Shown here one piece after another: positions 52,950-63,164 of a DNA stretch of 64,000 nt. The stretch spans positions 22,406 to 86,405 of the forward strand of contig JAVRCJ020000031.1 in assembly GCA_034530875.2 (NCBI GenBank). Reading direction: 5' to 3'. The DNA comes from Nostoc sp. DedSLP01. GTDB taxonomy: Bacteria; Cyanobacteriota; Cyanobacteriia; Cyanobacteriales; Nostocaceae. A program made the translations under genes and the position numbers. A model generated the notes under the pieces. It had not been told where the DNA came from. It did no database searches and saw only the letters and a list, made by a program, of their open reading frames with translations. The stretch's first letter is position 1. Each line of letters begins with the position of its first letter.

Positions 52950-54140
52950 TTATAACTCTTTCAAGCGAATCTTAGTTTTAATTTGGTCGAAGATAGCGCC
53001 TTCATTAAAGAATTGCTGTTGAATTTGTTGCCATCCTCCCAATTCTTCAGCTTTGAAAAGAGTTTTGATTTTCGGATATTTGCTTTCTACTTCTTTGGCA
53101 ATTGTGGTGTCAATAGGACGAAATCCAGCTTTGACAAACTCTCTTTGTGCTTCTGGAGTATAAAGAAATTTGACAAATGCTTGTGCAAGTAAACGAGTTC
53201 CATGTTTATCGACATTTGTATCTACAACAGCTACAGGATTGTCAATGGAAATATTCACATCAGGCACTATATACGAAAATTTCGCACCATTTTTTGCCGA
53301 TAAAATCATCTCATTTTCATAGTTGAGCATAGCATCACCCTGACCTTTTCTAAAGAATAGTTCAGTGGCATTGCGAGCAGTTTTAGGCAACAAAGGTACG
53401 TGTTGATAAACATCGGAGACGAAGTTTAATGCTTGAGCCTCGTTTTTTCCAGTTTTGATAGCTGAACCCCACAGACCAAGAAAACTCCAGCGTGCCGCAC
53501 CGGATGTTTTGGGGTTAGGTGTAATTAACTCCACCTCATCTTTTGTGAGGTCTGCCCAAGTTTTGATATTTTTGGGATTATCCTCACGAGTAGCGATCGC
53601 TCCTACAGATTGAGTCACAATTGCATTATTAGGCGCTTCTTTTTGCCAACCCTCTTCAACTAAACCCGCCTCAACTAGTTTCTCAACATCAAGAGCAAGT
53701 GATAAGTGTACTACATCAGCTTCTAATCCATCAATCACAGCTAGCCCTTGGGAACCATAACCTTGATAACTTTGCTCAAAAGTGACATCTTGCTGATGTT
53801 CTTGCTTCCACTTTTCTATAAATTTGGGAATAATTTGCTTATAAGCTTCATCAGTAACTGAATAAGAAACAAGTGTTAGCTTGATATTATCGTTGGCAAC
53901 ATAATTAACATTACGTGCGTTATACGTATTTTCTAACGAGCAAGCTGCCATAACTGCGCTGAAGCTAACTCCAATTAAAAATAGGCTCATAAACCTCCAT
54001 GAATAAGGTCTATGCAACCAACTTTTAATTGAACGTAGGTTCAATTTTTCCATCGACTGTACGGTTATAGCAGTATAAATCTTTACTAATTCTATTAGCC
54101 ATTTGATGAAATGAGAATTTCTTAGCCACTGTTTCATCAT
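52950..54140 (-). CDS. sbpA: Sulfate ABC transporter substrate-binding protein
   Basis: LTLVSY, QSY, GLEADVV, NPKNIKTWADL, TPNPKTSGAARW, LNYENE; start codon uncertain. Confidence 0.88.
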   Translation of the reverse strand: MMKQWLRNSHFIKWLIELVKIYTAITVQSMEKLNLRSIKSWLHRPYSWRFMSLFLIGVSFSAVMAACSLENTYNARNVNYVANDNIKLTLVSYSVTDEAYKQIIPKFIEKWKQEHQQDVTFEQSYQGYGSQGLAVIDGLEADVVHLSLALDVEKLVEAGLVEEGWQKEAPNNAIVTQSVGAIATREDNPKNIKTWADLTKDEVELITPNPKTSGAARWSFLGLWGSAIKTGKNEAQALNFVSDVYQHVPLLPKTARNATELFFRKGQGDAMLNYENEMILSAKNGAKFSYIVPDVNISIDNPVAVVDTNVDKHGTRLLAQAFVKFLYTPEAQREFVKAGFRPIDTTIAKEVESKYPKIKTLFKAEELGGWQQIQQQFFNEGAIFDQIKTKIRLKEL

Positions 54141-54247
54141 TTTTTCCCTTAAACTGACGTAAATTAAATAAAATTTCTGAATTTAAGGAATTATAGGGCA
54201 GTAGCTAAGGTTACATAACTTTTTTTAATCGAATTTTAGATTGTCAA

Positions 54248-54600
54248 ACTTCCACAACTTTCAATACAGTTCGGTTAAAGGGGAAAGGGAAAAGGAAAAA
54301 GGGTAATTTCAAACCTTTTCCCTTTTCCCCTTACCCTTTTCCCAACTTCTGCAAGAAGTCTATTTACTTGCTTGCCTGTGGAAAACTTGTGGAAAAACTA
54401 CGCTCTTTTTCCACAAGGTAATTATACTTATTTAAGTTTAATTAATAAAAATTCAAGTTTTCCACAGATTTTTCCCCAAAAACTAAGATTTTTTCCACAA
54501 GCTAAGTAAAATTTAATTAATTTTTATACGTTACTTAATATCTTTGGCGAATTATTTAATTTCCATAGTTAATCATTAAGGCGTAGCTTGTGGAAAACTT
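54248..54600. promoter_or_regulatory. Probable oriC: DnaA-box cluster with AT-rich segments
   Basis: TTTTCCACA (either strand) at 54377, 54388, 54407, 54458, 54491 and 54589; variants at 54248 and 54470; immediately downstream of dnaA. Confidence 0.85.
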
Positions 54601-54621
54601 CAAAGTGGTAATTCTCAATTC

Positions 54622-56004
54622 TTACGATGATTTTTGAGAGCGACTATTCATATTAATGCGATCGCTAAGTTGGCGTAGAGTTTGTGCTAAAGTGCGATCG
54701 CTCTCTTGGAGTTGAGCAATTTTGTCACAACTGTAGATTACCGTTGTATGGTCTTTACCTCCGAACTCCTCTCCAATTCTTGGCAAACTCAATGACGTAT
54801 GTTGGCGCATTAGATACATACCAATTTGACGGGCCCAGCTAATTTCCCGGCGGCGCGAGTTACCTTTGAGGTCATCAATTGAAACATCAAAATTCTTGGC
54901 TACAACTGTCAAAATTGCATCTGGGGTAGCCACTACTTTTTCCTTCGGTGACTCTAAAACTGGAGCGATATTTTCCACCGTCATTGGTAAACCCCAAATA
55001 GAAATATAAGCTAAAGCCCGAATTAAAGCTCCTTCTAATTCTCGAATATTAGAAGTATAATTAGAAGCAATATATTCAATTACATTCCGGGGCAAGCGAA
55101 TATTTTCATACTCGGCTTTTTTCTGTAAAATCGCCATTCTCGTTTCTAAATCTGGCGTTTGAATATCTGCAATTAACCCCATAGAAAACCGAGAACAAAG
55201 ACGTTCTTGTAAACTCGGAATTTGATTAGGGGGACGGTCAGAAGCAATGACAACTTGCTTACCTGCTTCATGCAAAGTATTAAAAGTATGAAAAAATTCT
55301 TCTTGGGTATATTCCTTACCTTCCAGAAACTGAATATCATCTACTAATAAAACATCAGCGGCTCGATAATGCTCTCGGAAACTTTGCATACTATCCTTAC
55401 GAATCGCTGTAATTAAATCATTAGTAAACTGCTCTGTAGAAACATAAAATATTTTACAACCAGGAGAAATTTCCCAGCGATAATGACCAATGGCTTGCAT
55501 GAGATGAGTTTTCCCCAAACCCACACCACCACATAAAAATAAAGGATTAAACTCTCTTCCAGGAGATTCTGCAACTGCCAAAGAAGCAGCATGAGCCATG
55601 CGATTGTTCGCGCCAACTACGAAACGTGAAAAAACATATTTAGAATTTAATTCCGTAGTTTTTTGGATATTAAGAGAAACTGGTTCAGAAATATTGCTAG
55701 GATTTGGTGATTCCCAAGTACCTTCTCGTTCGTTAACATGAGAAACTTCATCACCTTGAGCAACAGTAATGTAAATTTCTACAGGATGGCCCAAAATATC
55801 TTGCACTACATGAGCAATGGTGTTGACATAATACTTCTGTAACCAATTACGAGCAAATGGATTGGGAGTGCATATCACCAAACAATTATTTTCTAATCGT
55901 TCCGCACTAGCAGTTTTGATCCAAGTCTCAAAGGTAGGTCGGGATAGCTCAAGCTGTAGGCGCTCTAGTACCTGACTCCACAGACTTTCTATCGAAATTT
56001 CCAC
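54622..56004 (-). CDS. dnaA: Chromosomal replication initiator DnaA
   Basis: [39 protein letters not shown]. Confidence 0.98.
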   Translation of the reverse strand: MEISIESLWSQVLERLQLELSRPTFETWIKTASAERLENNCLVICTPNPFARNWLQKYYVNTIAHVVQDILGHPVEIYITVAQGDEVSHVNEREGTWESPNPSNISEPVSLNIQKTTELNSKYVFSRFVVGANNRMAHAASLAVAESPGREFNPLFLCGGVGLGKTHLMQAIGHYRWEISPGCKIFYVSTEQFTNDLITAIRKDSMQSFREHYRAADVLLVDDIQFLEGKEYTQEEFFHTFNTLHEAGKQVVIASDRPPNQIPSLQERLCSRFSMGLIADIQTPDLETRMAILQKKAEYENIRLPRNVIEYIASNYTSNIRELEGALIRALAYISIWGLPMTVENIAPVLESPKEKVVATPDAILTVVAKNFDVSIDDLKGNSRRREISWARQIGMYLMRQHTSLSLPRIGEEFGGKDHTTVIYSCDKIAQLQESDRTLAQTLRQLSDRINMNSRSQKSS

Positions 56005-56167
56005 TATCCACCACCTTTGCTGCTAATCGTCACAATAGAAGAGAAAGCACCAATTTAGCATCCAAACACCTAGACCTAGAACAAGCTTTTAAGTTGTAAT
56101 CATTTTGGGACATACCCGGTAGGCAAGATCCTAACACCCACTGACTGACAGGGAGAAGCAACGACAC

Positions 56168-57400
56168 ATGAAGATAACAAACCATGACTTAGCGTTTAAA
56201 AATATTAATACAAGGGGTTTGCCCCACAGGTTGTGGATGCTCTCGATAGTGGTGTTCCTGGCAAGTTGCTCTCTTTTACCTACCAAAACCCTTGAGAGTC
56301 AACAAAGCAATCCTCAAGCCCAAAAGACAATCGATTCCAATCCGGTAATTGTTCCTCCCCCAATTATCTCATCCTCTGGAGATCCTAATTTTGTGGTAAA
56401 AGTCGTGCAAAATGCCGGCTCTGCGGTAGTTAGAATTGATTCTTCCAGAACTATCACTTCTCGCGTACCAGACGAATTTGACGACCCATTATTTCGGCGG
56501 TTTTTTGGAGATGCAGTACCGCAGCCGAGACAACGGGTAGAGAGGGGCAGCGGTTCTGGGTTTATCATTAATTCCTCAGGTCAAATTTTGACTAATTCTC
56601 ATGTCGTAGATGGTGCCGATAGAGTAACTGTTACCCTCAAAGATGGTCGGACTTTTGACGGTAAAGTTTTGGGTGAAGATCCCGTAACAGATGTAGCTGT
56701 CATCAAAATTGACGCCAATAACCTGCCAACCCTATCTATAGGTAACTCCGATGCTTTACAGCCAGGGGAAGCAGTAATCGCTATTGGTAACCCCTTAGGC
56801 TTGAATAATACTGTAACTTCTGGGATTATTAGTGCAACAGGTCGTTCTAGTAGCGATATTGGTGCTAGTGACAAGCGGGTTGATTACATCCAAACTGATG
56901 CTGCGATTAACCCCGGTAACTCTGGCGGGCCGCTACTAAATATTCGCGGTCAAGTAATTGCTATGAACACAGCTATTATCCGGGGCGCTCAAGGCTTGGG
57001 ATTTGCAATTCCCATCAACACCGCGCAAAGAATTGCCCAAGAATTAATCGCTAAAGGCAAAGTAGATCATCCTTATTTGGGCGTGCAAATGGTGACGCTG
57101 ACACCAGAAAACAAAGAAAAAATCAAAAATATCGCAGGCGATCGCCTAAATCTTACAGCAGATGAAGGCGTTTTGCTAATTGAAATTGTCCCGCGATCGC
57201 CCGCAGCCTCAGCTGGACTCAAAGCCGGTGATGTGATTAAAAGCATTAATAACCAGTCTGTTACTAAAATTGAAGAAGTGCAGAAGCTCGTAGAAAATAG
57301 CACAATCGGTACTCCCCTACCAATACAAGTAGAGCGCAATGGACAAATTGTTCAAGTAGCAGTTCGACCTGCTCCTTTACCTGTAAGACGTGAAGGATAA
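56168..57400 (+). CDS. HtrA/HhoA/HhoB serine protease with PDZ domain
   Basis: [31 protein letters not shown]; lipobox-like LASC. Confidence 0.93.
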   Translation: MKITNHDLAFKNINTRGLPHRLWMLSIVVFLASCSLLPTKTLESQQSNPQAQKTIDSNPVIVPPPIISSSGDPNFVVKVVQNAGSAVVRIDSSRTITSRVPDEFDDPLFRRFFGDAVPQPRQRVERGSGSGFIINSSGQILTNSHVVDGADRVTVTLKDGRTFDGKVLGEDPVTDVAVIKIDANNLPTLSIGNSDALQPGEAVIAIGNPLGLNNTVTSGIISATGRSSSDIGASDKRVDYIQTDAAINPGNSGGPLLNIRGQVIAMNTAIIRGAQGLGFAIPINTAQRIAQELIAKGKVDHPYLGVQMVTLTPENKEKIKNIAGDRLNLTADEGVLLIEIVPRSPAASAGLKAGDVIKSINNQSVTKIEEVQKLVENSTIGTPLPIQVERNGQIVQVAVRPAPLPVRREG

Positions 57401-57592
57401 CGAAGGCAGGAGGCCGTTTTTGTAACGAGGATTTATACCCCGTTCCAAAAACTTTGGACGAAGTACGGTTTTAGACTCGATTGTTTCGATAAATATTATT
57501 GGGTATGGGGCATGGGGCATGGAGACATGTGGTTCGGTTTTACTCACCAACTGGGAGATTAGGGAGATTTAAAATTGAAAGTTTCGAGTTCA

Positions 57593-57697
57593 AAGGCTTA
57601 ATGTTCAAACTTTAAGGCTTAATATTCAAGCTTTAAGGCTTAATATTCAAGCTTTAAGGCTTAATGTTCAAACTTTAAGGCTTAATATTCAAACTCA
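57593..57697. repeat. 21-bp tandem repeat x5 (aaggcttaat(a/g)ttcaa(a/g)cttt)
   Basis: Units at 57593, 57614, 57635, 57656 and 57677. Confidence 0.95.
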
Positions 57698-57781
57698 AAG
57701 TTTCAACACTCAAGCTTATCTCCCCGATGCCCAATGCCCCATGCCCCATGCCCAATACCCATTTACCAAAGGAGTTTTTTC

Positions 57782-58309
57782 ATGTCTGAAACAATTATTC
57801 AATTAGGCAATCCCACACTGCGCCACAAAGCTGCTTGGGTTGATAATATTCAAGATCCAGATATCCAAAAATTAATCGATGATTTAATGGTTACCGTTGG
57901 CGAAGCTAACGGCGTAGGGATTGCTGCACCTCAAGTTGCAAAATCTTATCGTTTATTTATTGTCGCTTCCCGTCCGAATGCTAGGTATCCCAACGCGCCA
58001 GAAATGGAACCTACTGCTATGATTAATCCTAGAATTATTGGTCATTCTACGGAAGTCGTCAAAGATTGGGAAGGTTGTTTGAGCGTTCCAGGCATCAGGG
58101 GGTTAGTTCCTCGGTATAAATCTATCGAAGTTGAGTATAGCGATCGCCAAGGAAATCTGCAAAAACAAGAATTAACCGATTTCGTTGCGCGTATATTTCA
58201 GCACGAATACGACCACCTAGACGGCATTGTATTTGTAGACCGCTTAGAAAATACTCTTGATATGATTACCGAGCAAGAATATCAACAACGAGTAGTTAGT
58301 AAGACTTAA
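57782..58309 (+). CDS. def: Peptide deformylase
   Basis: GVGIAAPQ, EGCLS, QHEYDHLDG; RBS aaggag before ATG 57782. Confidence 0.96.
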   Translation: MSETIIQLGNPTLRHKAAWVDNIQDPDIQKLIDDLMVTVGEANGVGIAAPQVAKSYRLFIVASRPNARYPNAPEMEPTAMINPRIIGHSTEVVKDWEGCLSVPGIRGLVPRYKSIEVEYSDRQGNLQKQELTDFVARIFQHEYDHLDGIVFVDRLENTLDMITEQEYQQRVVSKT

Positions 58310-58348
58310 TCGAAAATAATTCTTCAAAATGTACGGTTAACCGAAAGT

Positions 58349-58368
58349 TTAGGTTATACTTAACCTAA
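58349..58368. promoter_or_regulatory. Perfect 8-4-8 palindrome, candidate metal-regulator operator
   Basis: TTAGGTTA-tact-TAACCTAA ending 34 bp upstream of the HMA2/P1B-ATPase cluster. Confidence 0.5.
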
Positions 58369-58402
58369 CGTTAACCTTTGGTTGGGTGTAGTTATCGGGT
58401 AA

Positions 58403-59638
58403 ATGACCAATAATATTAGTAGTCACGAGAGGTTAAGTCCGCAGAAGAGTATGTCTCCTGACTTAATCTCTGATACTTATCAAAGTGATGAAGTAAAATC
58501 AAATACGACTATCAGCGATACGGCTGAACAGTCACAAGTGCAACTGCCTTCAGAGAGATTGGAAATTGTTCATACGACTACTAGGCGGGTGAGAATCCGC
58601 GCTAGTGAGGGGATTTCCAACTCAACAATCAAAAGTATATGCCAATACTTACGGCAGCAGTACGGTGTTAAAGAAGTTGCTGCCAACGAGCAAACAGGCA
58701 GTATCATTCTCAAGTTAGATGAAAAAAAGCTGTCACTGCCGCAAGTATTGGAACTACTGCAACAACAAAATATTCACCAAGCTCAAGTTTCGCTGCCTGC
58801 AAACACTCAGACAGATCCCTTTGCTGCATGGAAATCTGTTGATTTTTGGAAAGAACAGTCTATTTCTTTGATCCCTTTGATGACAGGGTTCGCTGTCACA
58901 GGTGGACTGGGGATCGCTGGTGTGGCTTCGATTCCAGTGTATATGCTTGCGGCAGAAGCAACGAGGTGGGCGATCGATTATTTGCAATCAGAAGCTTCGG
59001 GATCGCAAACATCAAAAGAGTTAAAGGGCGGGCAAGACAGTCACGCCACAAAAGCGGCAAATTCTTGCGATCGCAGCCAAGAAGTGCAAGATTTGAAGGG
59101 TCAGAATTTAGCAACACCAGGAAAAATTGCATATAGTGTAGTCCATGCAATTCCAGGACGTATCCGATTTCATCTGCCTCGCCTAGCTGAGGATAGTGCA
59201 TATACAAAACGGCTAGAGAGGTTGATTAAAAACGATCCCCAAACGAGTAGCGTGCGCGTAAATAGTGGTGCAGCATCAATTGCGATCGCTTATCAGCCCA
59301 GTCACATTAGCGTCGCCCATTGGGTAAATCTGATGGAATTGGCTTTGCAAACAAATCCAGTAAGCATTCCCGTCACAGTCCCAGAAGTACAAACATCTCT
59401 AGAAGAATTGAGTCAAACAACACAAGTAGACACTACAACTGTGTTGGAGGACACAACTTTAAAAGAGAGTCATACGGCACAATCAGACAATACAAACGTG
59501 TTAAAAGACACCACTCAACAAGAGAGTCAAACAACACAACTAGAGAATACAACTCTCGACTTATCAAGTTTATGGGCTGATTTGAAGCCTGCAACTTTGT
59601 CTTATTCCTTAGCCATGATGGCGAACTTTCCGTTATAG
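58403..59638 (+). CDS. Double HMA2-like (R-rich, Cys-free motif) membrane protein
   Basis: IVHTTTRRVRIR and VVHAIPGRIRFHL domains flanking hydrophobic LIPLMTGFAVTGGLGIAG. Confidence 0.75.
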   Translation: MTNNISSHERLSPQKSMSPDLISDTYQSDEVKSNTTISDTAEQSQVQLPSERLEIVHTTTRRVRIRASEGISNSTIKSICQYLRQQYGVKEVAANEQTGSIILKLDEKKLSLPQVLELLQQQNIHQAQVSLPANTQTDPFAAWKSVDFWKEQSISLIPLMTGFAVTGGLGIAGVASIPVYMLAAEATRWAIDYLQSEASGSQTSKELKGGQDSHATKAANSCDRSQEVQDLKGQNLATPGKIAYSVVHAIPGRIRFHLPRLAEDSAYTKRLERLIKNDPQTSSVRVNSGAASIAIAYQPSHISVAHWVNLMELALQTNPVSIPVTVPEVQTSLEELSQTTQVDTTTVLEDTTLKESHTAQSDNTNVLKDTTQQESQTTQLENTTLDLSSLWADLKPATLSYSLAMMANFPL

Positions 59639-59673
59639 ACGGTCCCACACTTTAGCAATACTGGAGGACAACA

Positions 59674-59853
59674 ATGGAGGGTTCTAGCTCACAACTAGAT
59701 TCAAGCGATCCCACTTACAGAGAAGCTGTAAGAGCAGTCAATCCCATCGCCCATGCATTTCCCCATCACCTCGGATTATGCGTGCCTGGGATCGGTGAAG
59801 ATTCACAATTTCGGCAACGTCTGCTCGACTTGCTGCAAATAAAACGTCTTTGA
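59674..59853 (+). pseudogene. Short degenerate HMA2-like ORF (59 aa), below the ORF-track cutoff
   Basis: RBS ggagga; MEGSSSQ...PIAHAFPHHLGLCVPGIGEDSQFRQRLLDLLQ aligns by eye with IVHAIRGRIRLRVPRLRYDADYAQRLLALLE of the ATPase. Confidence 0.5.
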
Positions 59854-60263
59854 AGCCGTAATATCGCATATAGTCGGTACGATCCTCCTGCTAAAGATAT
59901 AACAGCAGAGATGGCAAGTGCGATCGCCTTTGGAGAATTTCACACATCAGCAAATCTCCAGTCTTCTAACCAATCCCCCAGATTGGGCGTGAATAAATTT
60001 GATTGAAATCTCGACCTCTTCCTTGTTAAGGAGAGGAAATCAAGTCTTCCTGAAGGAGAGAAAATAAACCTCTGTTTTTCACAAAGGTTAGGGGAATGTT
60101 TTCTGAAAAACGATCGCGGTAGTTTGGATAGCTAAAAAGCTTACCCGATAAGTATTCCACAATCCAAAATCGGATGAACTTTATGAGATTGGAAAATCTT
60201 TTCCTGTCGTCATCAACAGCCTGTTCAAAAAACAACTTTGTAAAACTATACGAGACATAGCGA

Positions 60264-62576
60264 ATGGCACAAGTCACAGTTCAACCACCGTCCCTTCGAG
60301 TTCAAAAACCTCGCCAGATTGTAGAGAAACACACTCAAGTAGTTTCTATAGTGCAAAAGCTAGAACACCAGAATGGCAAAGTTACTCTGGCTGAGAAAAA
60401 TGGGCATTCTCACACGCATATTGCTCAAGTTGCCTACAGTATTGTCCATGCCATTCGGGGAAGGATAAGGTTGCGCGTGCCTCGATTACGTTACGATGCC
60501 GATTATGCTCAACGTCTTTTAGCTTTACTCGAAGCCGATCCCCTCTTTACTAACGTCCGCATCAAACCGACGGCAGCATCCTTAGTCGCCAACTATAAAT
60601 CGAGTTCGGTTGCAGATGCAAAAGTGCGATCGCGTTTGATTTATCTGTTGGTGGCGGCCAATGAAGTCGGAATCATTGTACCAAAGGCTAACAATTCAAT
60701 AGCATCCCAACCAACAGAGGATGCAGAGGAGAATTCGTGGCCTGGAATGCAACTTTCGGTGATGGCTACTGGTTTAGCTTTGTTAGGGGGGCCGTTGGGG
60801 CTACCGATTCCACCTTTAATAGTGGGTGGAACCATTGCCCTAGCAACCTTACCGGTCTTCCAAAGAGCATTATCAGGGATTACCAAAGAACGCAAACTCA
60901 ACATTGATTTTTTGGATTTTCTGGCGATCGCAATTACCACCGTCCAAGGTCAATTTCTCACACCATCGTTGATGTTGAGCTTAATTGAAATTGGTGAAAA
61001 CATCCGCGATCGGACTGCCCGTTCTTCCAAATTGCAAACTCTAGATTTACTCAGTTCCTTAGGGCAATTCGTCTGGGTGGAACGCAATGGCGTCAAAGAA
61101 CAAATCCCCATTCAAGATGTACAACGTGGGGATACAGTCATCGTCTATCCCGGCGAACAAGTTCCAGTTGATGGTACTATCCTCCGAGGCAAAGCCCTGC
61201 TAGACGAGCAAAAACTCACCGGCGAATCTATGCCCATCCTGAAGAAAAAAGGACAGCCAGTTTTTGCTTCAACCTTGATGCGCGAAGGACGAATCTATAT
61301 CTTGGCAGAAAGAGTAGGTAACGACACCCGCGCCGGACAAAGCATCAAGTTAATGCAAGAAGCACCCGTCCACGACACCAGGATGGAAAACTACGCCATC
61401 AAAATTGCCGAAAAAGCTGTCGTGCCAACTTTGCTACTTGGTGGGGCAGTATTTGCCGCCACTCGCAACCCAGCACGGGTAGCCAGCGTTCTTACCCTCG
61501 ACTTATGTACGGGAATTAGAGTCTCAATTCCGACAACAGTTTTGGCAGCACTGACTTATGCAGCCAAGCACGGCATCCTCATTCGTAGCGGTCGCGCATT
61601 AGAACAACTAGCAGCAGTTGATACAGTTGTATTTGATAAGACAGGCACTTTGACCAAAGGTGAAGTCTCAGTTGTTGGAGTTCAGAGCCTCAATCCTGCA
61701 ACATCAGACTTACGCGTATTGGAACTAGCTGCTGCCGCCGAACAGCGGTTAACGCACCCCGTAGCTGAAGCAGTGATTCGCTATGCCGAAGCACAACAAG
61801 TAACGATCCCCAGCCGCAGCAAATGGGACTATCAACTCGGTTTAGGCGTGCAAGCTGAAATTGACGGCGAGACTGTTTACGTAGGTAGCGAGCGCTTTTT
61901 GCGTCAGCAAGGCGTAGATATGGAACAGCTAAACGGGCATAAGTCAGGAGATTCGCTGATTTACGTCGCGAGTAACAATCAACTTCAGGGTAAAATAATT
62001 TATAGTGATATTCTGCGCCCTGAAAGTCAGGAAGTAATTAACGAGTTATTGACAGTCGATGGCGTAGAAGTTCACATGCTCACCGGAGATAACAAGCGAA
62101 CAGCTACTGCTGTGGCTGCTCAACTGGGAATCGCGCCGAAGCATACCCACGCCGAAGCTTTTCCGGAACAAAAAGCGACAGTCGTCCGCCAATTACACGA
62201 ACAAGGCAAAACAGTTGCATTTGTAGGCGATGGAATTAACGACTCGCCAGCTTTAGCATACGCTGATGTTTCTGTATCCTTCGCTAACGGTTCGGAAATT
62301 GCGCGGGAAACAGCAGACGTGGTATTAATGCAAAATGACTTGCATGGTTTATTAGAAGCGATCGCGATCGCGCGTAAAGCCAAGCAAATAATTCGTCAAA
62401 ACACCAATATTATTGCCATTCCAAACATAGCAGCAATGTTTGTTGCAGTGTTATTTGGTCTTAACCCGTTAGCAGCCACAGTAGTCAACAACGGCTCAAC
62501 AGTAGTTGCAGGCGTTAACGGTTTGCGCCCAATTCTCAAACCTACACCAAAAAAAGCTCTACCATCAGCAAGATGA
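60264..62576 (+). CDS. Heavy-metal P1B-type ATPase, non-CPC, P1B-6/FezB-like
   Basis: TGES, DKTGT, HP, GDGINDSPAL; pre-phosphorylation helix VLTLDLCTGIRVSIP; N-terminal HAIRGRIRLR; C-terminal NNGST. Confidence 0.9.
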   Translation: MAQVTVQPPSLRVQKPRQIVEKHTQVVSIVQKLEHQNGKVTLAEKNGHSHTHIAQVAYSIVHAIRGRIRLRVPRLRYDADYAQRLLALLEADPLFTNVRIKPTAASLVANYKSSSVADAKVRSRLIYLLVAANEVGIIVPKANNSIASQPTEDAEENSWPGMQLSVMATGLALLGGPLGLPIPPLIVGGTIALATLPVFQRALSGITKERKLNIDFLDFLAIAITTVQGQFLTPSLMLSLIEIGENIRDRTARSSKLQTLDLLSSLGQFVWVERNGVKEQIPIQDVQRGDTVIVYPGEQVPVDGTILRGKALLDEQKLTGESMPILKKKGQPVFASTLMREGRIYILAERVGNDTRAGQSIKLMQEAPVHDTRMENYAIKIAEKAVVPTLLLGGAVFAATRNPARVASVLTLDLCTGIRVSIPTTVLAALTYAAKHGILIRSGRALEQLAAVDTVVFDKTGTLTKGEVSVVGVQSLNPATSDLRVLELAAAAEQRLTHPVAEAVIRYAEAQQVTIPSRSKWDYQLGLGVQAEIDGETVYVGSERFLRQQGVDMEQLNGHKSGDSLIYVASNNQLQGKIIYSDILRPESQEVINELLTVDGVEVHMLTGDNKRTATAVAAQLGIAPKHTHAEAFPEQKATVVRQLHEQGKTVAFVGDGINDSPALAYADVSVSFANGSEIARETADVVLMQNDLHGLLEAIAIARKAKQIIRQNTNIIAIPNIAAMFVAVLFGLNPLAATVVNNGSTVVAGVNGLRPILKPTPKKALPSAR

Positions 62577-62648
62577 TACGACTGTTTTAAGTAAAGTACG
62601 CTTGAACGCTTTACAACAATTTTTCAACTAAACAGGAGAAATTTACCT

Positions 62649-62957
62649 ATGGCACCTAAAATTACCGATTTCATCGAAGACGCCGGCCCTGTAGGAATTG
62701 TAGCTGGAATTGGCGCAGTTATACTGGCTCCCGTTCTGATTCCCATTGTCGCTGGAATTGGCAAACCCATAGCCAAGTCTGTAATCAAAGGCGGACTTGT
62801 AGCCTACGAAAAAAGCAGAGGAGCCTTTGCAGAACTTGGTGAAACCTGGGAAGATATTGTAGCCGAAGCAAGGGCAGAACTAGCTGAGGACAAAGAAGTT
62901 CCAGTATTTGAAGCTGCAAGTAGCCCTGTTGACAACACCTCAGATAATGGTGCGTAA
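62649..62957 (+). CDS. DUF5132 / FezA-like small membrane protein
   Basis: GIVAGIG...AGIGKPIAKSVIKGG...ETWEDIVAEARAE; RBS aggag. Confidence 0.75.
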   Translation: MAPKITDFIEDAGPVGIVAGIGAVILAPVLIPIVAGIGKPIAKSVIKGGLVAYEKSRGAFAELGETWEDIVAEARAELAEDKEVPVFEAASSPVDNTSDNGA

Positions 62958-63164
62958 AGCTACACCAAATCGAAAAGGCGAATTGAGTATGGGGCATTGG
63001 AAATGGGGCATAGGGCAAGCAGGGAGTGTGGGAGGTGTGGGAGGATGGGGAAGAAATCTTTCCCTCCACACTCCCCACACTCCCCACACTTCCCCATCTC
63101 CCTATCTCCCCATCTCTCCTGCCCCCTTCTTTAAAATACAACTTGAAATCAGGAGGGCAGTTAT

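Noticed and set aside
52015..52950. Prophage/ICE integrated at the tRNA
   Set aside because: No integrase and no duplicated tRNA 3' end seen in the window
57593..57697. Possible CRISPR array
   Set aside because: Head-to-tail repeats with no spacers
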